A DNA stretch of 37,568 nucleotides from a virus (lineage: Duplodnaviria > Caudoviricetes). The notes under the pieces are model-generated. The model had not been told where the DNA came from and did not search any database. It saw nothing but the letters and a program-made list of their open reading frames with translations. Positions 14,870 to 23,125 of this stretch are shown piece by piece (position 1 is the first letter of the stretch; the number at the start of each line of letters is the position of its first letter). The stretch spans positions 1 to 37,568 of IMG/VR virus record IMGVR_UViG_3300037420_000520; one strand, given 5' to 3'. The translations under genes were made by a program, and so were the position numbers.

Positions 14870-15786
14870 AATCGAAATACACAGTGGGCGCCAATGTGGG
14901 ACGCCTTCGCCTCATTGGCTGCGAGAATGACTTGTGGCGGTGCAAGTGCTCATGCGGCAACGAGCCGGTATTCCAGGCCGCCGATCTCGCCAAGGTCAAA
15001 TCTTGCGGCTGCATTGTCATCCTTGGGCTCGATATCGCCACCACGAGCGGATGGGCAGTGCGGTACAGTTGGAAAGACCCGTCGGCGATCCTGTGCGGGA
15101 CATTCTATGTCGGCAAGAACGACAGCGGCGATGAAACGAAATGGGAAGAGAAATACGCCCTTGCTGCCAACCACGTTTACAAGCTCCTCAAGGAGCACAA
15201 ACCGGACTTTGTTGCTATCGAAGAGCCGGAACATCGCATTCGTCGTTTCGGCAAAAAGCAGGATCCAAAGAAGCCGATCGATTTCGCCGCCATCAAGGCG
15301 TTCATAGCTAGGCTGTCAGCCTTGATGTTCAAGCACGGCATGGAAAGCAAGGAAGCTGTTGGATTTATGTCGAAGCTCGGCGGGGCAACAAGCAATTCAA
15401 ATCAGATGCAATTGTCCGGCCTTATCGGCGCGGTGGTTGGCGTGTGCATGAACATGGGCACGCCGTACGGAACGGTTACAGCGCGATCATGGCATGCGAT
15501 CTACGGCAAAGGCGTGAAGCCTGCCGAAGGGCAAGATTGGAAAGATATAGCCATCGCCCGCTGCGAACAAGCCGGCATTACGATGCCCTCCACGATCAAA
15601 GAGCGGCGAGATGCATGCGAAGCCGTATGGATATCTGGGTATTGGCACAAGTGCGACCTCCCAAACTTCAAGTGGATTCAGGAGCGACATAAAGCTCTGC
15701 GTTCCGACGCCGCGAAGATCGCCGCCGCCCGCACAACAATATCCGTCAAAGAATATCGCGATCTCTTCTCAGGAGCCGCCGCATGA
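14863..15786 (+). CDS. RuvC-like Holliday junction resolvase with an N-terminal Cys-rich domain
   Basis: ILGLDIATTSGWA, KPDFVAIEE, DACEAVWI; N-terminal WRCKCSCGN...KSCGC. Confidence 0.8.
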   Translation: MLKSKYTVGANVGRLRLIGCENDLWRCKCSCGNEPVFQAADLAKVKSCGCIVILGLDIATTSGWAVRYSWKDPSAILCGTFYVGKNDSGDETKWEEKYALAANHVYKLLKEHKPDFVAIEEPEHRIRRFGKKQDPKKPIDFAAIKAFIARLSALMFKHGMESKEAVGFMSKLGGATSNSNQMQLSGLIGAVVGVCMNMGTPYGTVTARSWHAIYGKGVKPAEGQDWKDIAIARCEQAGITMPSTIKERRDACEAVWISGYWHKCDLPNFKWIQERHKALRSDAAKIAAARTTISVKEYRDLFSGAAA

Positions 15787-15947
15787 CGAACGATCACCCA
15801 TTCTGCCAGCGATGCAAGCGCTACCACACGGCAGCCGAGACCATTGAAAGATGGCATCGGTGTGAGGAAGTTACGCCGGCCCACGACCGCCCCCAGGTAG
15901 ACCGCGCCGCTCCCCGTGATGGTGCACCGACGGCGGAGGCGGCTTGA
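15783..15947 (+). CDS. Small hypothetical protein (54 aa)
   Basis: Hand translation MTNDHPFCQRCKRYH...TAEAA; coupled at both ends. Confidence 0.55.
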   Translation: MTNDHPFCQRCKRYHTAAETIERWHRCEEVTPAHDRPQVDRAAPRDGAPTAEAA

Positions 15948-16633
15948 TGGCGCGTCTGCTTACTGGCAACAAGACGGCATCGGCGGAAGTCCGCGGGGAT
16001 GATTTCTATGCGTCTCCATACGCCGCCCTGCCGCCGCTGCTTGTATCGGAGGGGCGCCGGCTGCCGCGTGTGATCTGGGAGCCAGCCTGCGGCAACGGCG
16101 CGCTGGTGGTCCCGCTGCGCAATCGCGGCTTCGATGTCTATGCGACCGACAAGAACGAATGGGGCTGCCCTGATGCGTCAACTGGCATAGACTTCACCTC
16201 TGAAGTTGCCGAGCGCTATCGGCGCGGCCTGCCGGATAAGATTGGCATCGTTACCAATCCGCCATTCAACATTATCGAGAGCTTTGTCGAGCGCGCGGCG
16301 GCGATGGCCCCCTATACCGCGCTGCTGTGTCGGCTCGCCTTCCTTGAGAGTGAAAGCCGAATGAACTGGTTTCAGAAGGTTGGCCTGCGGCGCGTCCACC
16401 TAATATCAGAGCGGCTGCCGATGATGCACCGGCATGGCTACGACGGGCCGAAGCTTTCCAACGCCGGAATGTGCTTTGCATGGTTCATTTTCGAGCCTGG
16501 GCTGAAGCCAGTCAATCAGGTGCCGATCAAGTGGGTGTCGTGGAAACTCGCCTGCCGCCGTTTCCCGCAGCATGAGGCCGACGTACCGCCTACCGCTCAA
16601 ACAGCATTCCCACTTTTCCAGGTGTCAGCATGA
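15947..16633 (+). CDS. Amino (N6-adenine-type) DNA methyltransferase
   Basis: DDFYASP, IWEPACGNG (SAM motif I), IVTNPPF (motif IV). Confidence 0.88.
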   Translation: MARLLTGNKTASAEVRGDDFYASPYAALPPLLVSEGRRLPRVIWEPACGNGALVVPLRNRGFDVYATDKNEWGCPDASTGIDFTSEVAERYRRGLPDKIGIVTNPPFNIIESFVERAAAMAPYTALLCRLAFLESESRMNWFQKVGLRRVHLISERLPMMHRHGYDGPKLSNAGMCFAWFIFEPGLKPVNQVPIKWVSWKLACRRFPQHEADVPPTAQTAFPLFQVSA

Positions 16634-18120
16634 GCAAATACGAAGACCGCGCCGCCGCCATGGCAAGGACACGCGACAATCCGTTTGAGCGGCAGTTGCC
16701 GGCGAACATCGAAGCCGAACAGGCGCTCTTGGGGGCGCTGCTGGTCAACAATGCCGCGCTCGCCCGGGTGCCGGAGACAATGTCCCCGGATTACATCTCG
16801 GAGCCTTTGCACCGCAAGATATTCGAGGCGACCAAGGATTTGATCAAGGCAGGGAAAGTCGCCAGCCCTGTCACGGTAAAGACATTCCTGCCAGCCGGCG
16901 AGAAAATCGGGGATTTGACCGTCTCGCAGTATATGGCGCGTCTAGCATCAGATGCCGCATCGATCATTCACGTTCCCGACTTGTCCGACGCTGTGACAAC
17001 GCTTGCCATGGGACGGCTCGCCATCGGCCTGGGCCAAGACCTTACCGAGGCTGGCTATATCAGCTTCCAGCGCGACCAGTTCCGCCAGCGCGTTGCCGAA
17101 ATTCGCGAGGACGTGGATTTCCTCCTGCGGACGCTCGATTACGACGAAAAGCCCCAATCATCCTTTGCCGACTCCGTCGATGAATCCCTCGACAAAACAG
17201 GAGAAGCGGCAGCCGGCCGGGAGCCGATCGGCATTGATCCGGGACTGCCTGAAATCTACTCGCTGACCGGCCCATGGCAGAAAGGCCAGTTGATCATCAT
17301 CGGTGGCGGCGTCAAGCAGGGCAAAAGCGCGCTAGCCATGCAGTCGATGTTCACGATCGCCGAAAAGCACGCTGTCGGCTGCAACAGCGGCGAGATGAGC
17401 AAGACGCAGCTGATCATGAGGGAGAAGGCGAGGCGCACCGGGATAAGTGCCAGCCGTCAGCAGCGCGGCTCTGTCAGCGAGCACGAGTTCCAGGAACTTG
17501 TGCAGGCCGGCGCGGAGATGAAACACCTTCAGCACATCAACATCGATTGCCGGCGGATGACCCTGCAGCAGATCGATGACCAGATCGGCCGCCTGATCGG
17601 CGAGAAGGGTATCGAGACGTATTTCCTCGACCACATCGGCAAAATCCAGTGGAACGGCAAGATGGAATACGAGGACGAGTTCAAGCAGGGGCAGCGGGCG
17701 ACGTCGATGCTCAAGGATATGGCGCAGAAGCATGGTATCCCCATCGTCGCACTCACCCACCTGAAGAAATCGACGTTCCAGGATTACCAAGGCCGATCAT
17801 TCCGCGACCGCGTTCACGCCGCGATCAACCGCCGGCCGACCTATCGCGATCTCGTGGGAAACATGGACAAGGACGCTGATCAAGTCCTGATCGTGTTCCA
17901 GGCAAAGCCGATCGTCGCCGGAATGGAGCCGGAAGAAGGATCGAGCGACTATGCCATATGGCAGGAGGCCATGGAGAAGGTGAACGGCAAAGCCGACATC
18001 ATCCTGTCCCTGTCACGCGAGAGCGAGTTTCCGCGGCGCAAGGAAATCCAATGGAACGGTGCCACCACGAGCTATGGAGCCCCGTTCAAGCAGGTGCAGA
18101 ATGACAGGGGATTGTTTTAG
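16630..18120 (+). CDS. dnaB: DnaB-like replicative helicase
   Basis: PANIEAEQALLGALL N-domain; GGGVKQGKS Walker A; SGEM; FLDH; DKDADQV. Confidence 0.92.
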   Translation: MSKYEDRAAAMARTRDNPFERQLPANIEAEQALLGALLVNNAALARVPETMSPDYISEPLHRKIFEATKDLIKAGKVASPVTVKTFLPAGEKIGDLTVSQYMARLASDAASIIHVPDLSDAVTTLAMGRLAIGLGQDLTEAGYISFQRDQFRQRVAEIREDVDFLLRTLDYDEKPQSSFADSVDESLDKTGEAAAGREPIGIDPGLPEIYSLTGPWQKGQLIIIGGGVKQGKSALAMQSMFTIAEKHAVGCNSGEMSKTQLIMREKARRTGISASRQQRGSVSEHEFQELVQAGAEMKHLQHINIDCRRMTLQQIDDQIGRLIGEKGIETYFLDHIGKIQWNGKMEYEDEFKQGQRATSMLKDMAQKHGIPIVALTHLKKSTFQDYQGRSFRDRVHAAINRRPTYRDLVGNMDKDADQVLIVFQAKPIVAGMEPEEGSSDYAIWQEAMEKVNGKADIILSLSRESEFPRRKEIQWNGATTSYGAPFKQVQNDRGLF

Positions 18121-18121
18121 C

Positions 18122-18910
18122 ATGGCCAAGAAAATGCTCGTTGCCGATCTCCTCTGCGGCGCTGGTGGCTCGTCCACCGGATGCCAGCGAGCCTTGCGAG
18201 AGCTTGGTCTTGAAATGGAACTGGTCTGCCTAAACCATTGGCCGACGGCCATAGAGACGCACAAGAAGAACCATCCAGAGGCCAGGCATTACGTACAAGA
18301 CATCGCGACGGTTCGGCCGCACATCATCGTTCCTGAGGGCTATCTTGACCTGCTGATGGCTTCGCCGACATGCACGCATCATTCCGTCGCCAGGGGCGGA
18401 AAGCCCACCAGCGATCAACAGCGGTCCGATCCATGGCACATCATCACATGGCTGACAGAGCTTCGCGTGAAGCGGATCATAATCGAAAACGTTTGGGAAT
18501 TCTGTGGCTGGGGGCCGGTCGATCATCGCACCGGAAAGCCGGTCGCATCGCGCAAGGGCGAATACTTCCATGCCTGGATTGAGACGATCAAGCGCCTCGG
18601 TTTTGAGCCGGAGTGGCGCAAGCTGAATGCTGCCGATTATGGCGATGCCACCACCCGGCAGCGGTTCATTCTCATGGCGCGGTCCGACGGCCGCAAGGTG
18701 CACTGGCCTATGCCGACGCACAAGAAGCGGGACGACGTCAAAGCGGACCTGTTCGCGACAGAACAGCCGTGGCGCCCAGCGCGCGAAATTATCGACTGGT
18801 CGATCAAGGGGCGATCGCTATTCAATCGCAAGAAGGCGCTCGCTCCGAAGACACTGGCCCGCATCTATGCCGGCGCCGAGAAATTCGGGCTATCCGATTT
18901 TCAGGGTTGA
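18122..18910 (+). pseudogene. C5 cytosine DNA methyltransferase, N-terminal part (motifs I-VIII), interrupted by ISL3 after 18887
   Basis: DLLCGAGG (I), ASPTCTHHS (IV), IENVWEF (VI), TTRQRFIL (VIII); frame ends a few codons into the IS end. Confidence 0.92.
18880..18887 (+). repeat. 8 bp target-site duplication, left copy
   Basis: GAAATTCG, identical to 21366-21373. Confidence 0.95.
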
Positions 18911-18914
18911 GACA

Positions 18915-20306
18915 TCACCAGAAGTCCCCGGCCTTCAACGCATACTCAAAGGTTGACAAATCCACGCCATGACCAACAGTCGTCGACAAAATTATATCCG
19001 TCTCTGGATCGCCCAAGGTCAGCTTGAAGTCGTAGAGATCGATGAGCGGTTTGACGTTGCCGTACTTCAGGAGCGCCTTGGCTCTGAGCGTCTCAAGGTC
19101 GTAACCACGGCCACCACGAGCAATCTCGTCGAGCAGGCTGTTCACTCCCTCGACGTACCCATTCGTATATCGAGCGTCGAAGTAGTTGAAGATGAGATTG
19201 TGCCAGCGCTTGTTGCGCATGAAGGACAGGATAGCCTTGAAGGCAGGCTCGAACTCCTTCGGCAGAAGCTCGCGCCAGGCCTCATAAGCCTTCTCCGCCT
19301 CTGCTCGGCTCTCTGCGTTGTAGATGTCGTAGAACCACTCTTTGAGGGTCACGGCCGTCTCGATGGCCGGATGTTGGCGGAAGACGCGCTTCAGTTCCAG
19401 TTTGTCGTCATCCTTGAGGCGATGGGGGCGAGCCGCCAACAGACCGATCTTGCCCTTCAGGGCTATCCTGTCCTCGTTGCTGACGGAATTCTGAATGGCC
19501 TTTCGGACGTTCGACACGGCGTAATCGGCGTAGCGAACGACGTGGAACCTGTCGACCACCACTGTGGAAGCCTTGAAGTACTGCTCGTTGAGTTCCTTGT
19601 ATGCCCAGTGCATGTCTTGTGTGATGACCTCGACCTTCATGCGCTCTTGGTGGGTCCATCGCTGGAAATACTCGACAAGAACCTCCTTCCTGCGGGAGTC
19701 CAGAATGTCAAGCAGCACGCGGTTCTCAACGTCACCAACGACGAAACGAGCCTGCCCACCCATGTACTTTTCGTCCATACCCATCACACGGGGAAGGTCA
19801 TAGGTGTAGTTCTTCAGCCGCTCTCTAGCGTGATCCTTGAACACGCGGCGGACGAGGCTCTCCTTCACGCCATTGATGTCACCGCTCAGGGAGAACTTGA
19901 GTTTGGTGCCGTCCTCGGCAAGCTGGTCGCGGAAGCGGATCGTCATGTTTCGCTTGGGGTCGATGAAGGGAAGATCATCCAGAAGGACCGCCCCGCAACT
20001 GCGGCATCGGTAGCGTTGCCGCTTGATGCGGAGGTAGGTCTCCATTCGCTGGATTGGATGGTCGCGGAAGTGAACGACCCGGGTGCCGTGTTTCACCACA
20101 TCGGGGTCATCGCACTCGCAAGTCGGCTCATGCGTGAAAACCGATGGCACAACGTCAACGTACAGTTTCCCGTCGATCTCCTCGATTTCCATGGACATGA
20201 AGCCATCCAGCCGAAGCAGGTCAAAGCCATGCGTCCTTGCAACGTCGTCCTTCACTTTTGCCCCCTGCAACGGGCGCAACCATACCGGGCTTCGGTAACC
20301 AGTCAA
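18915..20306 (-). CDS. ISL3-family DDE transposase (start may instead be GTG at 20255)
   Basis: Zn finger CECD...YRCRSC; GMDEKY, TQDMHWAY, VVDRFHVV, TNGYVEGVN. Confidence 0.95.
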   Translation of the reverse strand: MTGYRSPVWLRPLQGAKVKDDVARTHGFDLLRLDGFMSMEIEEIDGKLYVDVVPSVFTHEPTCECDDPDVVKHGTRVVHFRDHPIQRMETYLRIKRQRYRCRSCGAVLLDDLPFIDPKRNMTIRFRDQLAEDGTKLKFSLSGDINGVKESLVRRVFKDHARERLKNYTYDLPRVMGMDEKYMGGQARFVVGDVENRVLLDILDSRRKEVLVEYFQRWTHQERMKVEVITQDMHWAYKELNEQYFKASTVVVDRFHVVRYADYAVSNVRKAIQNSVSNEDRIALKGKIGLLAARPHRLKDDDKLELKRVFRQHPAIETAVTLKEWFYDIYNAESRAEAEKAYEAWRELLPKEFEPAFKAILSFMRNKRWHNLIFNYFDARYTNGYVEGVNSLLDEIARGGRGYDLETLRAKALLKYGNVKPLIDLYDFKLTLGDPETDIILSTTVGHGVDLSTFEYALKAGDFW

Positions 20307-20320
20307 TTAAGGGTGGCAGC

Positions 20321-21067
20321 ATGACGGCCTATTACAACGAAATCGATCCGTATGCGGCCGCTTGGCTGCGCAACCTCATCGTGGAGGGTCTAATAGCTAC
20401 TGGAGACGTGGATGAAAGGTCAATTATCAATGTTCGGCCAACTGACCTTGCCGGATATACCCAGTGCCACTTCTTCGCTGGCATTGGAGCATGGAGCTAC
20501 GCCGCGCGCCTTGCGAAATGGCCAGACAGTCGCCCTGTCTGGACTGGATCGTGCCCATGTCAGCCGCTCTCCAAGGCCGGGAGGAGATTGGGCGCGGCCG
20601 ATGATCGATATCTTTGGCCAGTGTGGCGCGACCTCATCCGCGAGTGCAGACCTCCTGTCATCTTTGGCGAACAGGTTGCAGTTGGCCTCGGCAGGGCGTG
20701 GTTTGACGAAGTTTCGTCTGACCTGGAGCGAATGGACTACGCCTGCGGGGCGCTTGTTGCCCCGGCTGCAGGCTTCGGGGCCGAGCACATCCGCGATCGA
20801 CTCTGGTTTGTGGCCGACTCCGGCGGCACGAGATCACCGAGACCTGTCCCTGACAGCGACGGTTCATCCGGCTTGGTTCGGCCGGAAGAGCTTCAGTGTA
20901 GCGACTTTGGCCTATCTGCGGGGATATTCCCCCGATCAGATCGCGCCTCTGTACTGCCGCTTGATGGGTCTGCCCGACGCGTGGATGCGGTGCGCGCCTT
21001 TGGCAATGCCATCGTCCCCCAAGTCGCCGCCCAAGTGATCGGCGCATACATGGAGATAGCCGCATGA
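20321..21067 (+). CDS. Passenger C5 cytosine DNA methyltransferase, main polypeptide
   Basis: AYYNEIDPYAAAWL, FFAGIG (I), GSCPCQPLS (IV), FGEQV (VI), HIRDRLWFVA (VIII), AFGNAIVPQVA (X); no motif IX. Confidence 0.9.
   Translation: MTAYYNEIDPYAAAWLRNLIVEGLIATGDVDERSIINVRPTDLAGYTQCHFFAGIGAWSYAARLAKWPDSRPVWTGSCPCQPLSKAGRRLGAADDRYLWPVWRDLIRECRPPVIFGEQVAVGLGRAWFDEVSSDLERMDYACGALVAPAAGFGAEHIRDRLWFVADSGGTRSPRPVPDSDGSSGLVRPEELQCSDFGLSAGIFPRSDRASVLPLDGSARRVDAVRAFGNAIVPQVAAQVIGAYMEIAA
20412..21038 (+). CDS. Overlapping alternative-frame ORF, probable second subunit of the passenger methylase
   Basis: 208 aa nested in the +1 frame; GGAG 6 nt upstream of ATG; LWPTPAARD and motif IX-like CRLMGLPDAW. Confidence 0.65.
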   Translation: MKGQLSMFGQLTLPDIPSATSSLALEHGATPRALRNGQTVALSGLDRAHVSRSPRPGGDWARPMIDIFGQCGATSSASADLLSSLANRLQLASAGRGLTKFRLTWSEWTTPAGRLLPRLQASGPSTSAIDSGLWPTPAARDHRDLSLTATVHPAWFGRKSFSVATLAYLRGYSPDQIAPLYCRLMGLPDAWMRCAPLAMPSSPKSPPK

Positions 21068-21291
21068 TCTACGCAGTGAGAGAGTCGCTTTGGCCAGGCA
21101 ACAACAGGCGAACCCTAGTCGAAATACCAAACGTCAAGTTGTTGAGATTGGCAAACGCCACCGCAATTTTGGTCAAATACCAGAAGGTGGATGTCGCCAC
21201 CGCCCACAAATGGGTGCTCGACGGCAAGGAGCACGAGACTGGCCTGTGGGTCGATGCCGGAAAGGTCCGCTATGCCCAGCCTCAAAGCTGA
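21064..21291 (+). CDS. Passenger hypothetical protein
   Basis: 75 aa, ATGA-coupled to the methylase, TGGAG RBS, inside the IS ends. Confidence 0.7.
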   Translation: MIYAVRESLWPGNNRRTLVEIPNVKLLRLANATAILVKYQKVDVATAHKWVLDGKEHETGLWVDAGKVRYAQPQS

Positions 21292-21321
21292 CCATCATCA
21301 ACCTCGAAAGACGAAAAGAAC

Positions 21322-22452
21322 ATGGAGCAACGATTTTGGCCATCAACCTCAGAAGTCGGAATGCCGAAATTCGGCTGGCCTGAGCCGTTCCTCGTGATCC
21401 TCAGAAACCACATGGCTGGGCAGAGCGTCAACCAGCCGCTTCCGACAATAGCAGCCAATGGGACGCATATCGGCCTCGCCGAGCCAGTCATCATGAACGG
21501 CCGCAAGGGCAATCAGGCGAAACCAGTGTCCAGCGAGCCTATTCCTACTCTCGACACCAAAGGCGGCGTCTGGCTGGCAGAGCCTCTTGTGCTGTCCGTG
21601 AACAATAGTGGCGCGCCCCGCACAGCTGGTGACCCTCTGCCGACAATCACTACTGGCGGAGCTGGAACGGAGAGGCGAGAGGGCTGTGCGCGACCGATGC
21701 TGATCGAGCCTTTCGTTTTATCGCAGGCATCGGGGGGGAGCCCGCGCTCAGTTGAAGAGCCAATCCCAACGCAGACGACCGGCGGCAACGGCGCTGCGCA
21801 TGCGCTGATTTCCCCGTATTACGGCTCTGGCTCTGGTGAGACCTGCAACAGCGTTGACGAGAGCCTTCCGACGATCACGGCAAAAGCTCGTTTTGGGATG
21901 GTGGTCCCGGTCACCAACTCGAACGGCGGAGCGCAGCCGCGAGACATCGCCACCGATCCTCTTGCCACCATGACCACTGCCAAAGGCGGCGAATTCGCAA
22001 TCGTCCTGCCCGTTACCCACGCTGGCGGCCATGACCGAGTTCTCGATCCGAACGACACGCCGCTGCCGACCGTAACCGGCGCCAACCGTGGCGAACTCGC
22101 CTTCATCACAGCGCAGCATGGGGAGCGTCCGGGGCAGGCGCCACGCGTTCACGACATCGATCAGCCGGCGCCGACGATCGCAGCCACAGGCCATGTCGAC
22201 CTCGTCCAGGCCACGCCGCACTATGACATCCTGTTTCGCATGCTGGAGCCTCACGAACTGGCAGCAGCCATGGGCTTCAATACCGATGACGCCGTCTACG
22301 AGTTTGCAGGCACCAAGACGGAAAAGATCAAGCAAATAGGCAACGCGGTTTCCGTCGCCAAGATGAAGGCTTGCGTCGGGGCGATCATGGCCGACGCAGC
22401 GCCGAAGCGTAAGCCGACTGTTGAGGACGAGTATCTTGAGGCAGCAGAATGA
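21322..22452 (+). pseudogene. C5 cytosine DNA methyltransferase, C-terminal part (repetitive variable region, motifs IX-X); native sequence resumes after the IS end at 21365
   Basis: Eight P(L/I/A)PT-type units; FRMLEPHELAAAMGF (IX), KQIGNAVSV (X); in-frame ATGs at 21322 and 21361 lie within the IS end. Confidence 0.9.
21366..21373 (+). repeat. 8 bp target-site duplication, right copy
   Basis: GAAATTCG. Confidence 0.95.
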
Positions 22453-22784
22453 TCACCTCCTCCATAGCTCGCGCCATCCCCACGTCGAAGGGATTCGCTG
22501 CCGAGTATTTTCTTGCTGGCGAAAATGAGCCGCACAAGCTCTGTGACGCGCTCGGCCGGCCGCAGATATACCCGACAGCCCAAGACGCGCGTGTGGCCGC
22601 CCTTGAGGCCCTGGTGGCCGCCATGGAGCGCGCCGACGCAGCCTATATCGACCCGTTGCCGGATCAATTCTGGCTTGAGGTAAAGCCGAAGACACGGCTC
22701 GGGTTGATCGTGCAAGCGAAGAAGAAGTTCGCCCGGGTCGAGGCGGGCCGGGTTATTCCAGTCGAGCGGAGGGCGAGCGCGTGA
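22449..22784 (+). CDS. Phage hypothetical protein
   Basis: 111 aa, coupled at both ends. Confidence 0.75.
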   Translation: MITSSIARAIPTSKGFAAEYFLAGENEPHKLCDALGRPQIYPTAQDARVAALEALVAAMERADAAYIDPLPDQFWLEVKPKTRLGLIVQAKKKFARVEAGRVIPVERRASA

Positions 22785-23125
22785 CTATTCCGTTCGATTT
22801 GGACTTCGACATCTACTCCCTCTCTCTCAATCTGAGCCATGCAAAGGAAGGCTCCCGCACGTTCGACAAGCTGATCGCCAAGGTATTCGAGCGCCAGACA
22901 ACCGAGCCTTGGTCGACGCGGTTTGAAAAGACTGCTGATTTGTTCAAGGAGGAATTCGGAAGCCAAGGCTGGTCTCGGGAGTGCCTGTACAATTCCTGCA
23001 ACGGTATCAGCTGGCACGTTCGTAATGACGAGACGGGAGAATGGTTTCCTGGCCATGGCGATACGGATGCGCTGGCACTTGTCTGCGCCCTCGTCAAAGC
23101 GAAGCGCGGGGAGACGGAAGAATGA
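22781..23125 (+). CDS. Phage hypothetical protein
   Basis: GTGA-coupled; GSRTFDKLIA...DALALVCALVKA, loosely similar in pattern to 24553-25077. Confidence 0.7.
   Translation: MTIPFDLDFDIYSLSLNLSHAKEGSRTFDKLIAKVFERQTTEPWSTRFEKTADLFKEEFGSQGWSRECLYNSCNGISWHVRNDETGEWFPGHGDTDALALVCALVKAKRGETEE

Larger units (their letters stand above)
18888..21365 (-). mobile_element. ISL3-family element with passenger genes (2478 bp)
   Basis: Imperfect terminal IRs GGCTATCCGATTTTCAGGGTTGA / GGCATTCCGACTTCTGAGGTTGA (16 of 23 identical); 8 bp TSD; removal restores ...AEKFG-WPEPF... in frame. Confidence 0.95.

Noticed and set aside
18969-20324. 451 aa plus-strand ORF exactly antisense to the transposase
   Set aside because: No recognisable motifs; Val/Leu/His-rich composition typical of a shadow frame of a gene with biased third positions
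18888-21365. Possibility that the insertion is a self-splicing intron or IStron that restores the methylase mRNA
   Set aside because: The element is almost fully coding, has IRs and an 8 bp TSD, and shows no group I/II intron core; precise excision would leave an 8 bp frameshifting duplication
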